A DNA stretch of 64,000 nt from Helicobacteraceae bacterium. Its GTDB lineage: Bacteria > Campylobacterota > Campylobacteria > Campylobacterales > SZUA-545. The notes beneath the pieces were generated by a model that was not told the origin of the DNA, made no database searches, and saw only the letters and a list, made by a program, of their open reading frames with translations. A program made the position numbers and the translations under genes. The number at the start of each line of letters is the position of its first letter. The stretch's first letter is position 1. Where the stretch lies: positions 6,130 to 70,129 of the forward strand of contig JAIRKM010000035.1 of assembly GCA_031260125.1 (NCBI GenBank), given 5' to 3'. Of the stretch, positions 31,315 through 39,488 are shown one piece after another.

Positions 31315-31445
31315 AAATGCTTAAAGCGCCGCCATCTGAACTCCCGCTTGCGACGGTTTAATGGTGAAAGTGGTGATTAAAGCGGTGTTATAATACGGCG
31401 GAATTGTATCCGTGTAGCATCTTATCTTTCAAAAGGAGAAAACAG

Positions 31446-32555
31446 GTGGAAATCGTCTGGAAAGCGGCGGGAACGTTGATTGGCGTCCTGTTGTTGTTTT
31501 GGTTTGCAAGAGTCTTGATCCGCAATTTCATACGTTTTGCGAAATTTGCGCCAAATCGTTACGTCTTTCGTTATAAAGGCGAGAAGATCGCGGCGGAGGG
31601 AGCGGGGCTGTCCTTTTTCTACTTCGCTCCCTCTACGTCGCTCGTCGCCGTTCCTATCAGCAGCGAGGACGCCCCTTTTATGCTCTCGGAGACTTCCGCC
31701 GATTTTCAAGAACTCACGATACAGGGGCAGATCACCTACCGCATCTTCGATCCCGCGCAGGCGGCGAAGATGCTCAATTACGCTATCGATATTGAGCGAT
31801 CCGGCCTGACCTATCAATCGGAGGACCCGCAAAAACTGCCGGAGCGCATTATAAATCTAGCGTTGGTCGCTATAAAGGGAACGGTCAAAAATCTCACGCT
31901 TAAAGAGGCGATTATCGCTTCGGACGACATCGCGAGAAAAACGCATCTGTCGCTCTCTGGACATGAGATGATCAAGGCTCTAGGCGTGGAAATACTAGGG
32001 CTGTCCGTCGCCGCCGTCCGACCTGTCCCAGAAACTGCCAAGGCGCTGGAAGCCGAAACGCGCGAAAGCATTTTGCAAGAGTCCGATCAGGCCGTTTTTC
32101 AGCGGCGCAATTATGCCGTGGAACAAGAGCGCATTATCCGCGAGAGCGAACTAAATACCGAGATCGCCGTGGAAAAAAAGAATCGGGAGATTCAAGAAAG
32201 CAAGCTGGAAACCCAGCGTCTGGCGATGAAAAAAGAGTTGGAAATGCAAGAAGAGCGCCTTACCTTTCAGATCTCACAGGAAAAGAGGAATCAAGCGCTG
32301 ATCGATCTGAAAACGCGCAACGACAAGGCGGTCGCCGACGCTAAGGCTTACGCGCTCAAAGCGATTATCGCGGCTTACGAGAACACGAACCCGGCAGTTC
32401 TGAAAATATTGGCAAACGCCGGTCTGGATTCCGGGCGGCTGCTTGCGCAGGCTTTCCAAGGTATCGCCGATCAAGCGGAAAAAATCGGCAGTCTCAATAT
32501 CACGCCCGATCTTCTGCACGCGCTCGTAAAGAACGCGCCTTCTAAGTCTTCCTAA
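31446..32555 (+). CDS. SPFH/band-7 (flotillin-like) membrane protein
   Basis: GTG start after AAGGAG (track start at 31404 lacks an SD); N-terminal TM, SPFH domain, long Glu/Lys-rich coiled-coil (...EQERIIRESELNTEIAVEKKNREIQESKLE...). Confidence 0.75.
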   Translation: MEIVWKAAGTLIGVLLLFWFARVLIRNFIRFAKFAPNRYVFRYKGEKIAAEGAGLSFFYFAPSTSLVAVPISSEDAPFMLSETSADFQELTIQGQITYRIFDPAQAAKMLNYAIDIERSGLTYQSEDPQKLPERIINLALVAIKGTVKNLTLKEAIIASDDIARKTHLSLSGHEMIKALGVEILGLSVAAVRPVPETAKALEAETRESILQESDQAVFQRRNYAVEQERIIRESELNTEIAVEKKNREIQESKLETQRLAMKKELEMQEERLTFQISQEKRNQALIDLKTRNDKAVADAKAYALKAIIAAYENTNPAVLKILANAGLDSGRLLAQAFQGIADQAEKIGSLNITPDLLHALVKNAPSKSS

Positions 32556-32575
32556 ACGCGAACGGGCGGCGGTTT

Positions 32576-33625
32576 ATGAAAAAATACGATCGCCGCATCG
32601 TCGTCATTACGCGGGAGACGCGGCTAGAAAAGGTGTTGATAAGCCAGAATACCCGCTCTCAAGCGAAGTTTTACATCCATTCACTGGGCGGTGATTTTGA
32701 CGATTACGACATGGAAGATCGCCAATATCACGCTTCGGTGTTGGATACGCGCCAACGCTTGGAAGAGATAGGCGCTATTCAGGTATTAGATCGCAAATAC
32801 CTGCCCAATTTTATTTTCGCGCCGGAGGATATTGTGGTTGCGATCGGTCAAGATGGGCTGGTGGCAAACACGATCAAGTATCTAAACGATCAACCGATTA
32901 TAGGCGTCAATCCCGATCCCGATCGCTGGGACGGCGTACTCCTGCCCTTCACGCCGAAAGACGCGGCGAAAATCGCCGAGGACGTCATAACGCGGCGGCG
33001 AAAAACGCAAGAGGTGACTATGGCGAAGGCGCGTATTCAAAACGGACAGGAGTTGCTGGCGGTCAACGATTTCTTCATCGGGCAACGCACCCATGTCTCC
33101 GCTCGTTATATTATCAAGCACGGCGGGCTTAAAGAGCCGCAATCATCAAGCGGCGTTATCGTCTCCACGGGACTAGGCTCTACGGGCTGGATGAAAAGCA
33201 TCCTCGCCGGCGCCTCGCGCATATCCGCTTCTGTTATCGGACATCCTTACGGCGGACTACAGGAAAATGATCGTCTTGTAGAGGAGGAAAAAAATGTGTT
33301 TTTTAGCAGGTTAGATTATAAACCGCCATTAAAAGCGCGGCAAAAGAAACAAAGCTACGGCTTTTCAGAGCTATCGAGCGTCATTGGCAAATGGAAGAGC
33401 GAAGAGCTGATCTTCGCTGTGCGCGAACCATTTCCAAGCAAAACGACGGGCACTACGCTGGTTTTTGGAAAAGTTTCGGCAAAGGAGCCCTTGCGCATAG
33501 AATCTCTAATGGGTGAAAACGGCGTGATCTTCAGCGACGGCATAGAGGGCGATTTTCTCGCCTTCAATTCAGGCGCCGAAGCGCTAATCACCATCGCGGA
33601 TAAGCGTGGGCATATTGTTGTATAG
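32576..33625 (+). CDS. NAD-kinase-fold (PpnK/DAGK_cat-like) protein, atypical
   Basis: Degenerate NadK motifs: GQDGLV (for GGDG), NDFFIG (for NE[IV]), STGLGSTGWMKS (for DG..T.GSTAYS); 349 aa with unique N- and C-terminal regions; 20 nt downstream of the flotillin gene. Confidence 0.5.
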   Translation: MKKYDRRIVVITRETRLEKVLISQNTRSQAKFYIHSLGGDFDDYDMEDRQYHASVLDTRQRLEEIGAIQVLDRKYLPNFIFAPEDIVVAIGQDGLVANTIKYLNDQPIIGVNPDPDRWDGVLLPFTPKDAAKIAEDVITRRRKTQEVTMAKARIQNGQELLAVNDFFIGQRTHVSARYIIKHGGLKEPQSSSGVIVSTGLGSTGWMKSILAGASRISASVIGHPYGGLQENDRLVEEEKNVFFSRLDYKPPLKARQKKQSYGFSELSSVIGKWKSEELIFAVREPFPSKTTGTTLVFGKVSAKEPLRIESLMGENGVIFSDGIEGDFLAFNSGAEALITIADKRGHIVV

Positions 33626-33714
33626 CTTTTTTTCTTTTTTCGCGATGTCTTAGACGCTATCTTGCGATCGCATAACGATCGCATCGGGCAAAACTTATAG
33701 GCCGGCGCGCCTAC

Positions 33715-33743
33715 TTGACAATCTCTATCGACTATTGTAAGAT
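33715..33743 (+). promoter_or_regulatory. Sigma70-like promoter of the cysM operon
   Basis: TTGACA-17 nt-TAAGAT, about 50 nt upstream of the GTG start. Confidence 0.45.
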
Positions 33744-33793
33744 ACGCTATACTTAACTATGGTATATCTGATTATGCAAAGCGGAGAAAGACG

Positions 33794-34696
33794 GTGCATC
33801 TGCCCGATTTAATAGGTAATACGCCCCTGCTGGAGCTCTCAAACATAGCCTCCAAAAGGGCGGGAGTCTCCATTTACGCCAAAGCGGAATTCTGCAACCC
33901 GTCAGGTTCCGTCAAGGATCGAGCCGCCAAAGCCATGCTCCTTGATGGCATTGCAAAAGGGCTGCTGACAAAAGGCAAAACGATCATCGACGCCTCAAGC
34001 GGCAACACCGGCATCGCTTACGCTATGCTAGGCGCCGCGCTTGGGTATCCGGTGGTGATATATCTGCCTGCCAACGCCAGCGAAGAGAGAAAGAGCTTTC
34101 TGAAGCGCTATGGCGCGGCGATCGTAGAGACCGATCCGCTGGAAAGTTCCGATGGCGCGTTTCTGGCGGCGCGTAAAGAAGCGGCTGCCCACCCCGATAG
34201 ATATTTCTATCCCGATCAGTACAACAACGATGCCAATTGGAAGGCGCATTATCAGACGACCGCTCCAGAAATATGGAAGGCGACAGAGGGTAAGATAACG
34301 CACTTTATAGCCGGCACGGGGACTTCCGGCACGCTGATGGGAACTAGTAGGCGGCTCAAGGAGCTTAATCCCAATGTAAAGGCGATCGCCATTCAGCCCG
34401 ATTCGCCTTTTCACGGCATAGAAGGAACAAAACACATGGCTTCGACGATCAAACCCGGCTTCTATGACGAGAGGTTTGTGGACGGAATCGTTGAGGTAAG
34501 CACGGAGGAGGCGTACGCCGCGGCGCGGCTTCTGGTCAGAAAAGAGGGGGTATTTGCCGGCATCAGCGCCGGCGCCAACGTGCAAGGAGCGCTGAAACTT
34601 GCCGGCGATCTGCCCGATGGTTCGCTGATCGTTACGGTGCTGGGCGATAGCGGTTCTCGATATCTATCGGAAAAATTCTGGGAGGCGGATCTGTGA
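33794..34696 (+). CDS. cysM: PLP-dependent cysteine synthase, CysM-type (uses the CysO thiocarboxylate carrier)
   Basis: GTG start after GGAGAAAG; PLP-lysine motif SGSVKDRAA; 300 aa; operon context with ThiS-like carrier and JAMM protease. Confidence 0.85.
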   Translation: MHLPDLIGNTPLLELSNIASKRAGVSIYAKAEFCNPSGSVKDRAAKAMLLDGIAKGLLTKGKTIIDASSGNTGIAYAMLGAALGYPVVIYLPANASEERKSFLKRYGAAIVETDPLESSDGAFLAARKEAAAHPDRYFYPDQYNNDANWKAHYQTTAPEIWKATEGKITHFIAGTGTSGTLMGTSRRLKELNPNVKAIAIQPDSPFHGIEGTKHMASTIKPGFYDERFVDGIVEVSTEEAYAAARLLVRKEGVFAGISAGANVQGALKLAGDLPDGSLIVTVLGDSGSRYLSEKFWEADL

Positions 34697-35112
34697 TCGC
34701 CATTGACGCGCAGCAACTCAGCGCTATAAGAGGCGAAGGGGAAGCGGCGTATCCGCACGAGTGCTGCGGCGCGCTGCTAGGAAAGATCGATGGCGACACA
34801 AAACGAATCGCCGCCATCTTGCCAATCGCAAATGCCCGCGAAGAGGAGGAGCGCTATCATCGCTTCACCATCACGCCGGAGGATATGATGAGGGCGGAAC
34901 TAGAAGCGCGGAAGATGAAACTGGACGTGGTAGGCTTCTACCACTCCCATCCGGATCATCCGGCGACACCATCTGAGTACGACAGAGAGCATGCTCTGCC
35001 CTTCTACTCTTACGTGATCGTCGCGGTGGAGAAGGGACGATCGGCGCGGCTGACCAGTTGGGAGCTGACGGAGAACAGAGACAAATTTAAGGAGGAAACA
35101 ATATGGCAATAA
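34693..35112 (+). CDS. JAMM/MPN+ metalloprotease (Mec/QbsD-like) that trims the sulfur-carrier protein
   Basis: JAMM motif HSHPDHPATPSEYD (HxHx7Sx2D) and upstream E (AYPHECCG); 139 aa; 4-nt overlap with cysM. Confidence 0.85.
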   Translation: MIAIDAQQLSAIRGEGEAAYPHECCGALLGKIDGDTKRIAAILPIANAREEEERYHRFTITPEDMMRAELEARKMKLDVVGFYHSHPDHPATPSEYDREHALPFYSYVIVAVEKGRSARLTSWELTENRDKFKEETIWQ

Positions 35113-35393
35113 CGGTGCTTGTGCCTACGGCTCTAAGAGCCTTTACGGATCAGAAGTCTGAAGTGGCGGTAGAGGGCAACACCGTCGCAAGCGCAATAGC
35201 GGCGCTGGCGGAAGCCTACCCGGACATAAAACGCCACCTGTATCAGGACGAGGAAAATCTGCGTTCGTTCATCAACGTCTTCGTGGGAGATACAAACATA
35301 AAAAACCTCAACGGTCTCAACACCGCACTATCCGACGGATCAGAGATAATGCTTGTGCCAGCCATAGCCGGAGGATGCCGCACGTATGTCTGA
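35103..35393 (+). CDS. ThiS/MoaD-fold sulfur-carrier protein (CysO/QbsE-like) with C-terminal extension after the Gly-Gly
   Basis: 96 aa; ends ...LVPAIAGG-CRTYV, i.e. GG followed by Cys plus 4 residues (compare QbsE GG-CF); overlapped by both flanking genes. Confidence 0.75.
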   Translation: MAITVLVPTALRAFTDQKSEVAVEGNTVASAIAALAEAYPDIKRHLYQDEENLRSFINVFVGDTNIKNLNGLNTALSDGSEIMLVPAIAGGCRTYV

Positions 35394-36558
35394 AAGCGTT
35401 GTGCAAAATCGGGAACTTGCCGACCTCTCCAACGAGGAAATCTCCCGCTACAGCCGTCATCTGCTTCTGGCGGAAGTCGGACTTGAAGGGCAGCGGTGGC
35501 TTAAATCGGCGCGTGTATTGATCGTGGGAACAGGCGGGCTGGGCGCGCCCGTAGCCTTATATCTAGCCGCGGCGGGCGTGGGAACTCTGGGTATAGCGGA
35601 TTTTGACTTTGTGGAAGAATCCAACCTTCAGCGTCAGGTGATCCACTCCACGCGTGATATTGGAAGACCCAAGGTCGCCTCCGCTTTAGATCGCATACGC
35701 GGTATAAACCCAAGGATCAAGGTGAATATTTACAACACCGCCCTCAACAGCGGCAACGCGCTGGAGATCATCAAGGATTACGACGTAGTTGTGGACGGAA
35801 CGGATAACTATCAGACCAGATATCTGATAAACGACTCGTGCGTGCTTTTGGGCATTCCCAACGTTTACGGCTCCATATTTCAGTTTGAGGGGCAGGCCTC
35901 GGTGTTCTACGCAAAAGAGGGACCGTGCTACCGATGCCTCTACCCAGAGCCGCCGCCCGTCGGTTTAGTACCGTCCTGCGCCGAAGGAGGCGTGGTGGGT
36001 GCGCTCCCGGGCATTGTGGGCAGCATTCAAGCCAACGAGACGATCAAGCTGATCGTCGGCGGCGGCGCTCCTCTGATTGGGAGGCTTCTTCTTTTTGACG
36101 CATGGAGGGCGAAATTCAGAGAGCTTGCCATCGGCAAGGATATAAACTGCCCAATATGCGGAAAGGAGCCGTCGATTCACGAGCTTATCGATTACGAGCA
36201 GTTTTGCGGCTTGAAGAAAACGGAGGAAGACGATCCGATCGAAACGATCGGCGCGATAGAGCTTAAAGATCGCATCAATCGCGGCGAATCGCTTCAGATC
36301 GTCGATATCCGAGAGCCTCATGAACGGGCGATCGCCAAGTTTCCGCAGGCAAAAGCGATTCCGCTTGGGCAGATGGCTCGGCGCATAGACGAGTTTGATC
36401 CCGCGCTGGATACCGTGTTTGTTTGCAAAATAGGACAGCGCAGCGTTTTTGCGATCAGGGCTTTGCGGGAAGCAGGCTACAAGGGACGCCTGCTCAACCT
36501 AAGAGACGGGCTGAACGCCTGGGCAAAAGAGGTGGACAGTTCGCTGCCCATTCTTTAA
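35386..36558 (+). CDS. moeZ: E1-like adenylyl/sulfurtransferase MoeZ (ThiF/MoeB domain + C-terminal rhodanese)
   Basis: Nucleotide loop VGTGGLGAP, CxxC pairs (CYRC... CPIC), C-terminal rhodanese with active-site Cys (VFVCKIGQRS); 390 aa. Confidence 0.85.
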   Translation: MSESVVQNRELADLSNEEISRYSRHLLLAEVGLEGQRWLKSARVLIVGTGGLGAPVALYLAAAGVGTLGIADFDFVEESNLQRQVIHSTRDIGRPKVASALDRIRGINPRIKVNIYNTALNSGNALEIIKDYDVVVDGTDNYQTRYLINDSCVLLGIPNVYGSIFQFEGQASVFYAKEGPCYRCLYPEPPPVGLVPSCAEGGVVGALPGIVGSIQANETIKLIVGGGAPLIGRLLLFDAWRAKFRELAIGKDINCPICGKEPSIHELIDYEQFCGLKKTEEDDPIETIGAIELKDRINRGESLQIVDIREPHERAIAKFPQAKAIPLGQMARRIDEFDPALDTVFVCKIGQRSVFAIRALREAGYKGRLLNLRDGLNAWAKEVDSSLPIL

Positions 36559-36585
36559 TTTCAATTTAAAAGCAAGGAGTACATC

Positions 36586-37530
36586 ATGGCAGAAAAGGCG
36601 TTAAACGCATTGCGGCAGGAAGCCGCCTACCAACTCGCGGATATAACGAAAACCGCGCCTCAGTTCGGGTCTCTTACCCCGCGTTACCTGACCAGACTGC
36701 TGGAGTTCAAGGGGCTTGACGCGGGCATCTATCGGGTCAATCGGGTTGAGGAAGGAGAGACGCCTTTAGACGTGCTGTGCAGTCAGGATCCCAAAAAGGT
36801 CCAAATACCGCAGGGCTTCGTCGATTACGAAAAGAAACCCAGAGAGTATCGTCTCAACTCGATCAGCGTCATCATCAACGTAGATACGAAAGTCTCCGAC
36901 GTTTACAGCTCTCCGTTCGATCAGATCAAAGAGCAGCTTGGACTCGCCATTGAGAGTCTCAAAGAGCGGCAGGAGAGCCAGATTATCAACAGCGACGATT
37001 ACGGGCTTTTGAAAAACGCCGCCGATTCGCAGCGGATTCAGACCAGAGTCGGGCGTCCTATGCCGGACGACCTAGACGAGCTTATTACCAAAGTGTGGAA
37101 AGACCCGAGCTTCTTTCTCGCCCACCCGCGGGCGATAGCGGCTTTTGAGAGGGAATGCACCAGAAGGGGCGTACCGCCGGTTACGACGAATATCGCGGGC
37201 GGAACGTTTATCGCGTGGCGCGGCATCCCTATTATCCCAACCAACAAGCTTTTTGTGGATGGGTTGAAGGAGAGCAAGGCAAAAAGCGGCAAAACCAACA
37301 TTCTGCTGGTACGCACCGGCGAGGCAAAGCGCGGCGTGATCGGGCTTTTCCAAAACGGTCTTCCGAACGAGCAGTCGCGTGGGCTGTCGGTGCGCTTCCG
37401 CGGCATCGATGACAATGGGATCGCGTCTTATCTTCTCTCCCTTTACTGCTCGGCAGCGGTACTGGCCGACGACGCTCTGGCGGTATTGGAAGACGTAGAG
37501 GTCGGCGAATACTATGACTACCCTCTATAG
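36586..37530 (+). CDS. Putative Family 2A encapsulin shell protein (HK97-fold nanocompartment)
   Basis: Inferred from context: 314 aa soluble protein, no enzymatic motifs; directly upstream of, and 17-nt overlapping with, a cysteine desulfurase that carries a long disordered N-terminal extension. This is the defining arrangement of Family 2A encapsulin operons. Sequence-level family membership not verified. Confidence 0.45.
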   Translation: MAEKALNALRQEAAYQLADITKTAPQFGSLTPRYLTRLLEFKGLDAGIYRVNRVEEGETPLDVLCSQDPKKVQIPQGFVDYEKKPREYRLNSISVIINVDTKVSDVYSSPFDQIKEQLGLAIESLKERQESQIINSDDYGLLKNAADSQRIQTRVGRPMPDDLDELITKVWKDPSFFLAHPRAIAAFERECTRRGVPPVTTNIAGGTFIAWRGIPIIPTNKLFVDGLKESKAKSGKTNILLVRTGEAKRGVIGLFQNGLPNEQSRGLSVRFRGIDDNGIASYLLSLYCSAAVLADDALAVLEDVEVGEYYDYPL

Positions 37531-38995
37531 TGATTGGGAGCGCCCCGCCGGACTTCCCAGCGCGAGCGAGCTTGCCGCCCTTGCCGCCTCCTACTTTCCG
37601 GAGTTCTACAAGGCGGAAAACGACGCAAAAACGATAAAGAGCGCGTCGTTGCCGGCGTTTGACGCCCCGCTGGAAAAGGGTATCAGTCTGGGCGCATCTC
37701 CGGCTTACTCTCCGGCGGTTCTTCCAAAAGAGGGCGGCGTGGACGCAAAAAAAACCACCGCCTTTTCAACCCATCGCGTTGGGCGGCGGACTCTTGAGGC
37801 GATCCGCGCGGACTTTCCCATACTCTCCGAAAAGATAAACGGCAGAGAGCTGATCTGGTTTGACAACGGCGCCACCACGCAAAAGCCGTCGGCGGTTATT
37901 GATCGGCTCAAAACCTTCTACGAACACGAAAACTCCAACGTTCACCGCGGCGCTCACGAATTGGCAAGCAGAGCCACCGACGCCTACGAAGAGGCAAGAG
38001 CCGCCGCCGCGAAGTTTATCGGCGCGCCATCGCCCGATAACATCATCTTCGTCCGCGGGACGACCGAAGGGATCAATCTTGCGGCTCAAGCCTATGTCAA
38101 GCGGCTTCTTAAATCTGGAGACGAGATCGTTCTCACCCTTCTGGAACACCACGCGAATATCGTGCCGTGGCAGCTTGTCGCGGAAGAGACCGGCGCGCTT
38201 TTAAGGGTTGCGCCTGTGGACGACACCGGTCAGATCGTCCTCTCGGAGTACGCTCGTCTTTTCAACTCCCGTACCCGATTCGTAGCGGTGGCGCACGTGT
38301 CAAACGCGCTTGGCACGATCGCTCCCGTGGCGGAAATGATACAGATCGCCCACTCGCAGGGCGCGCGCGTCCTTGTTGACGGAGCGCAGTCAGTTCCCCA
38401 CATGCCGATCAACGTGAGCGATCTTGACGCGGACTTTTTCGTCTTTTCGGGACACAAAATCTTTGCGCCGACGGGAATTGGCGTTCTCTACGGAAAAAGC
38501 GAGGTGCTAGAGGCGGCGAAACCCTATCAGGGCGGCGGCAATATGATCGCCGATGTAACCTTTGAGCGCACCCTCTACCGCAAAGCGCCGGAAAAATTTG
38601 AGGCCGGCACGGGCAACATCGCCGACGCAGCGGCGTTAAGCGCGGCGCTGAACTACGTAAGCGAGATCGGCATAGAGAGTGTCGCCGCGTGGGAGCACGA
38701 GCTTCTCAACTATGGAACGAAAGAGCTTTCCAAAGTTCCGGGGCTTAAACTTATTGGAACGGCCTCGCAAAAAGCCGCGATCCTCTCGTTCGTGCTGGAG
38801 GGGCATAGCCTTGAAGAGGTTGGAAGTTATCTAAATAAAAAGGGCATCGCTGTCCGCACGGGACATCACTGCGCCCAGCCGATACACCGCCGTTTCAATC
38901 TTGAGGGAACGGTACGCTCCTCTTTGGCGTTTTACAACGCGCCGGAGGAGATAGAGGCTATGGCGCAAGCACTCCACGAGCTGGCGCGGCGTTAA
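37514..38995 (+). CDS. Cysteine desulfurase (SufS/CsdA class) with about 90-aa disordered A/P/S-rich N-terminal cargo-loading-type extension
   Basis: 493 aa vs about 405 for SufS; N-terminal MTTLYSDWERPAGLPSASELAALAAS...ASPAYSPAVLPKEGG is low-complexity; then canonical fold with PLP-lysine (SGHKIF) and active-site Cys (GHHCAQP). Confidence 0.85.
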   Translation: MTTLYSDWERPAGLPSASELAALAASYFPEFYKAENDAKTIKSASLPAFDAPLEKGISLGASPAYSPAVLPKEGGVDAKKTTAFSTHRVGRRTLEAIRADFPILSEKINGRELIWFDNGATTQKPSAVIDRLKTFYEHENSNVHRGAHELASRATDAYEEARAAAAKFIGAPSPDNIIFVRGTTEGINLAAQAYVKRLLKSGDEIVLTLLEHHANIVPWQLVAEETGALLRVAPVDDTGQIVLSEYARLFNSRTRFVAVAHVSNALGTIAPVAEMIQIAHSQGARVLVDGAQSVPHMPINVSDLDADFFVFSGHKIFAPTGIGVLYGKSEVLEAAKPYQGGGNMIADVTFERTLYRKAPEKFEAGTGNIADAAALSAALNYVSEIGIESVAAWEHELLNYGTKELSKVPGLKLIGTASQKAAILSFVLEGHSLEEVGSYLNKKGIAVRTGHHCAQPIHRRFNLEGTVRSSLAFYNAPEEIEAMAQALHELARR

Positions 38996-39367
38996 TCGGG
39001 CGGCGCTTCGCGCCCGCCTCGATCGAACGATCGTATATGCGCGTCAAACCGAGAAGCCCGATGTAAATTTCACATTAAATTTAAGGGACACAACTCAAAG
39101 CCAGCCGATTTCACTAAATTTGGATTTTTGCTGTATTTTAGATAATAATAAATAAAATTTAAGCGCCGCCGCATATTAGATCAAATCAAAATAACAAAAC
39201 TATTTTCAGTTTTATAATATATAAATTTTTGCTCTATAAAAGTTGAAATATAAAACTTCAAATCTGATCGTTAAGCGATTTTTCCGCGCCAATTCGAGGT
39301 TTGCGGGCGTTATCGGCGAAAATACGCGCATAATTAAAACCAAACTTTTTGCGATTATTAAACCTCA

Positions 39368-39396
39368 TTGACATATATTTACAAATCTGTTACTAT
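39368..39396 (+). promoter_or_regulatory. Sigma70-like promoter for the MCP gene
   Basis: TTGACA-17 nt-TACTAT within the AT-rich intergenic region, about 95 nt upstream of the ATG. Confidence 0.45.
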
Positions 39397-39488
39397 CTGT
39401 ACGCTGCGTAAAACTATGCGTGAATCTGACTATTTAATCAATTTTGGCTGGTTTTGCGTTTGTAAATATATGATGAGGGATATCTATT

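Noticed and set aside
38997-39018. GC-rich imperfect hairpin (CGGGCGGCGC-ttc-GCGCCCGCC) just after the cysteine desulfurase stop, as a possible terminator
   Set aside because: The stem is imperfect and there is no T-tract, so it is kept only as a weak possibility.
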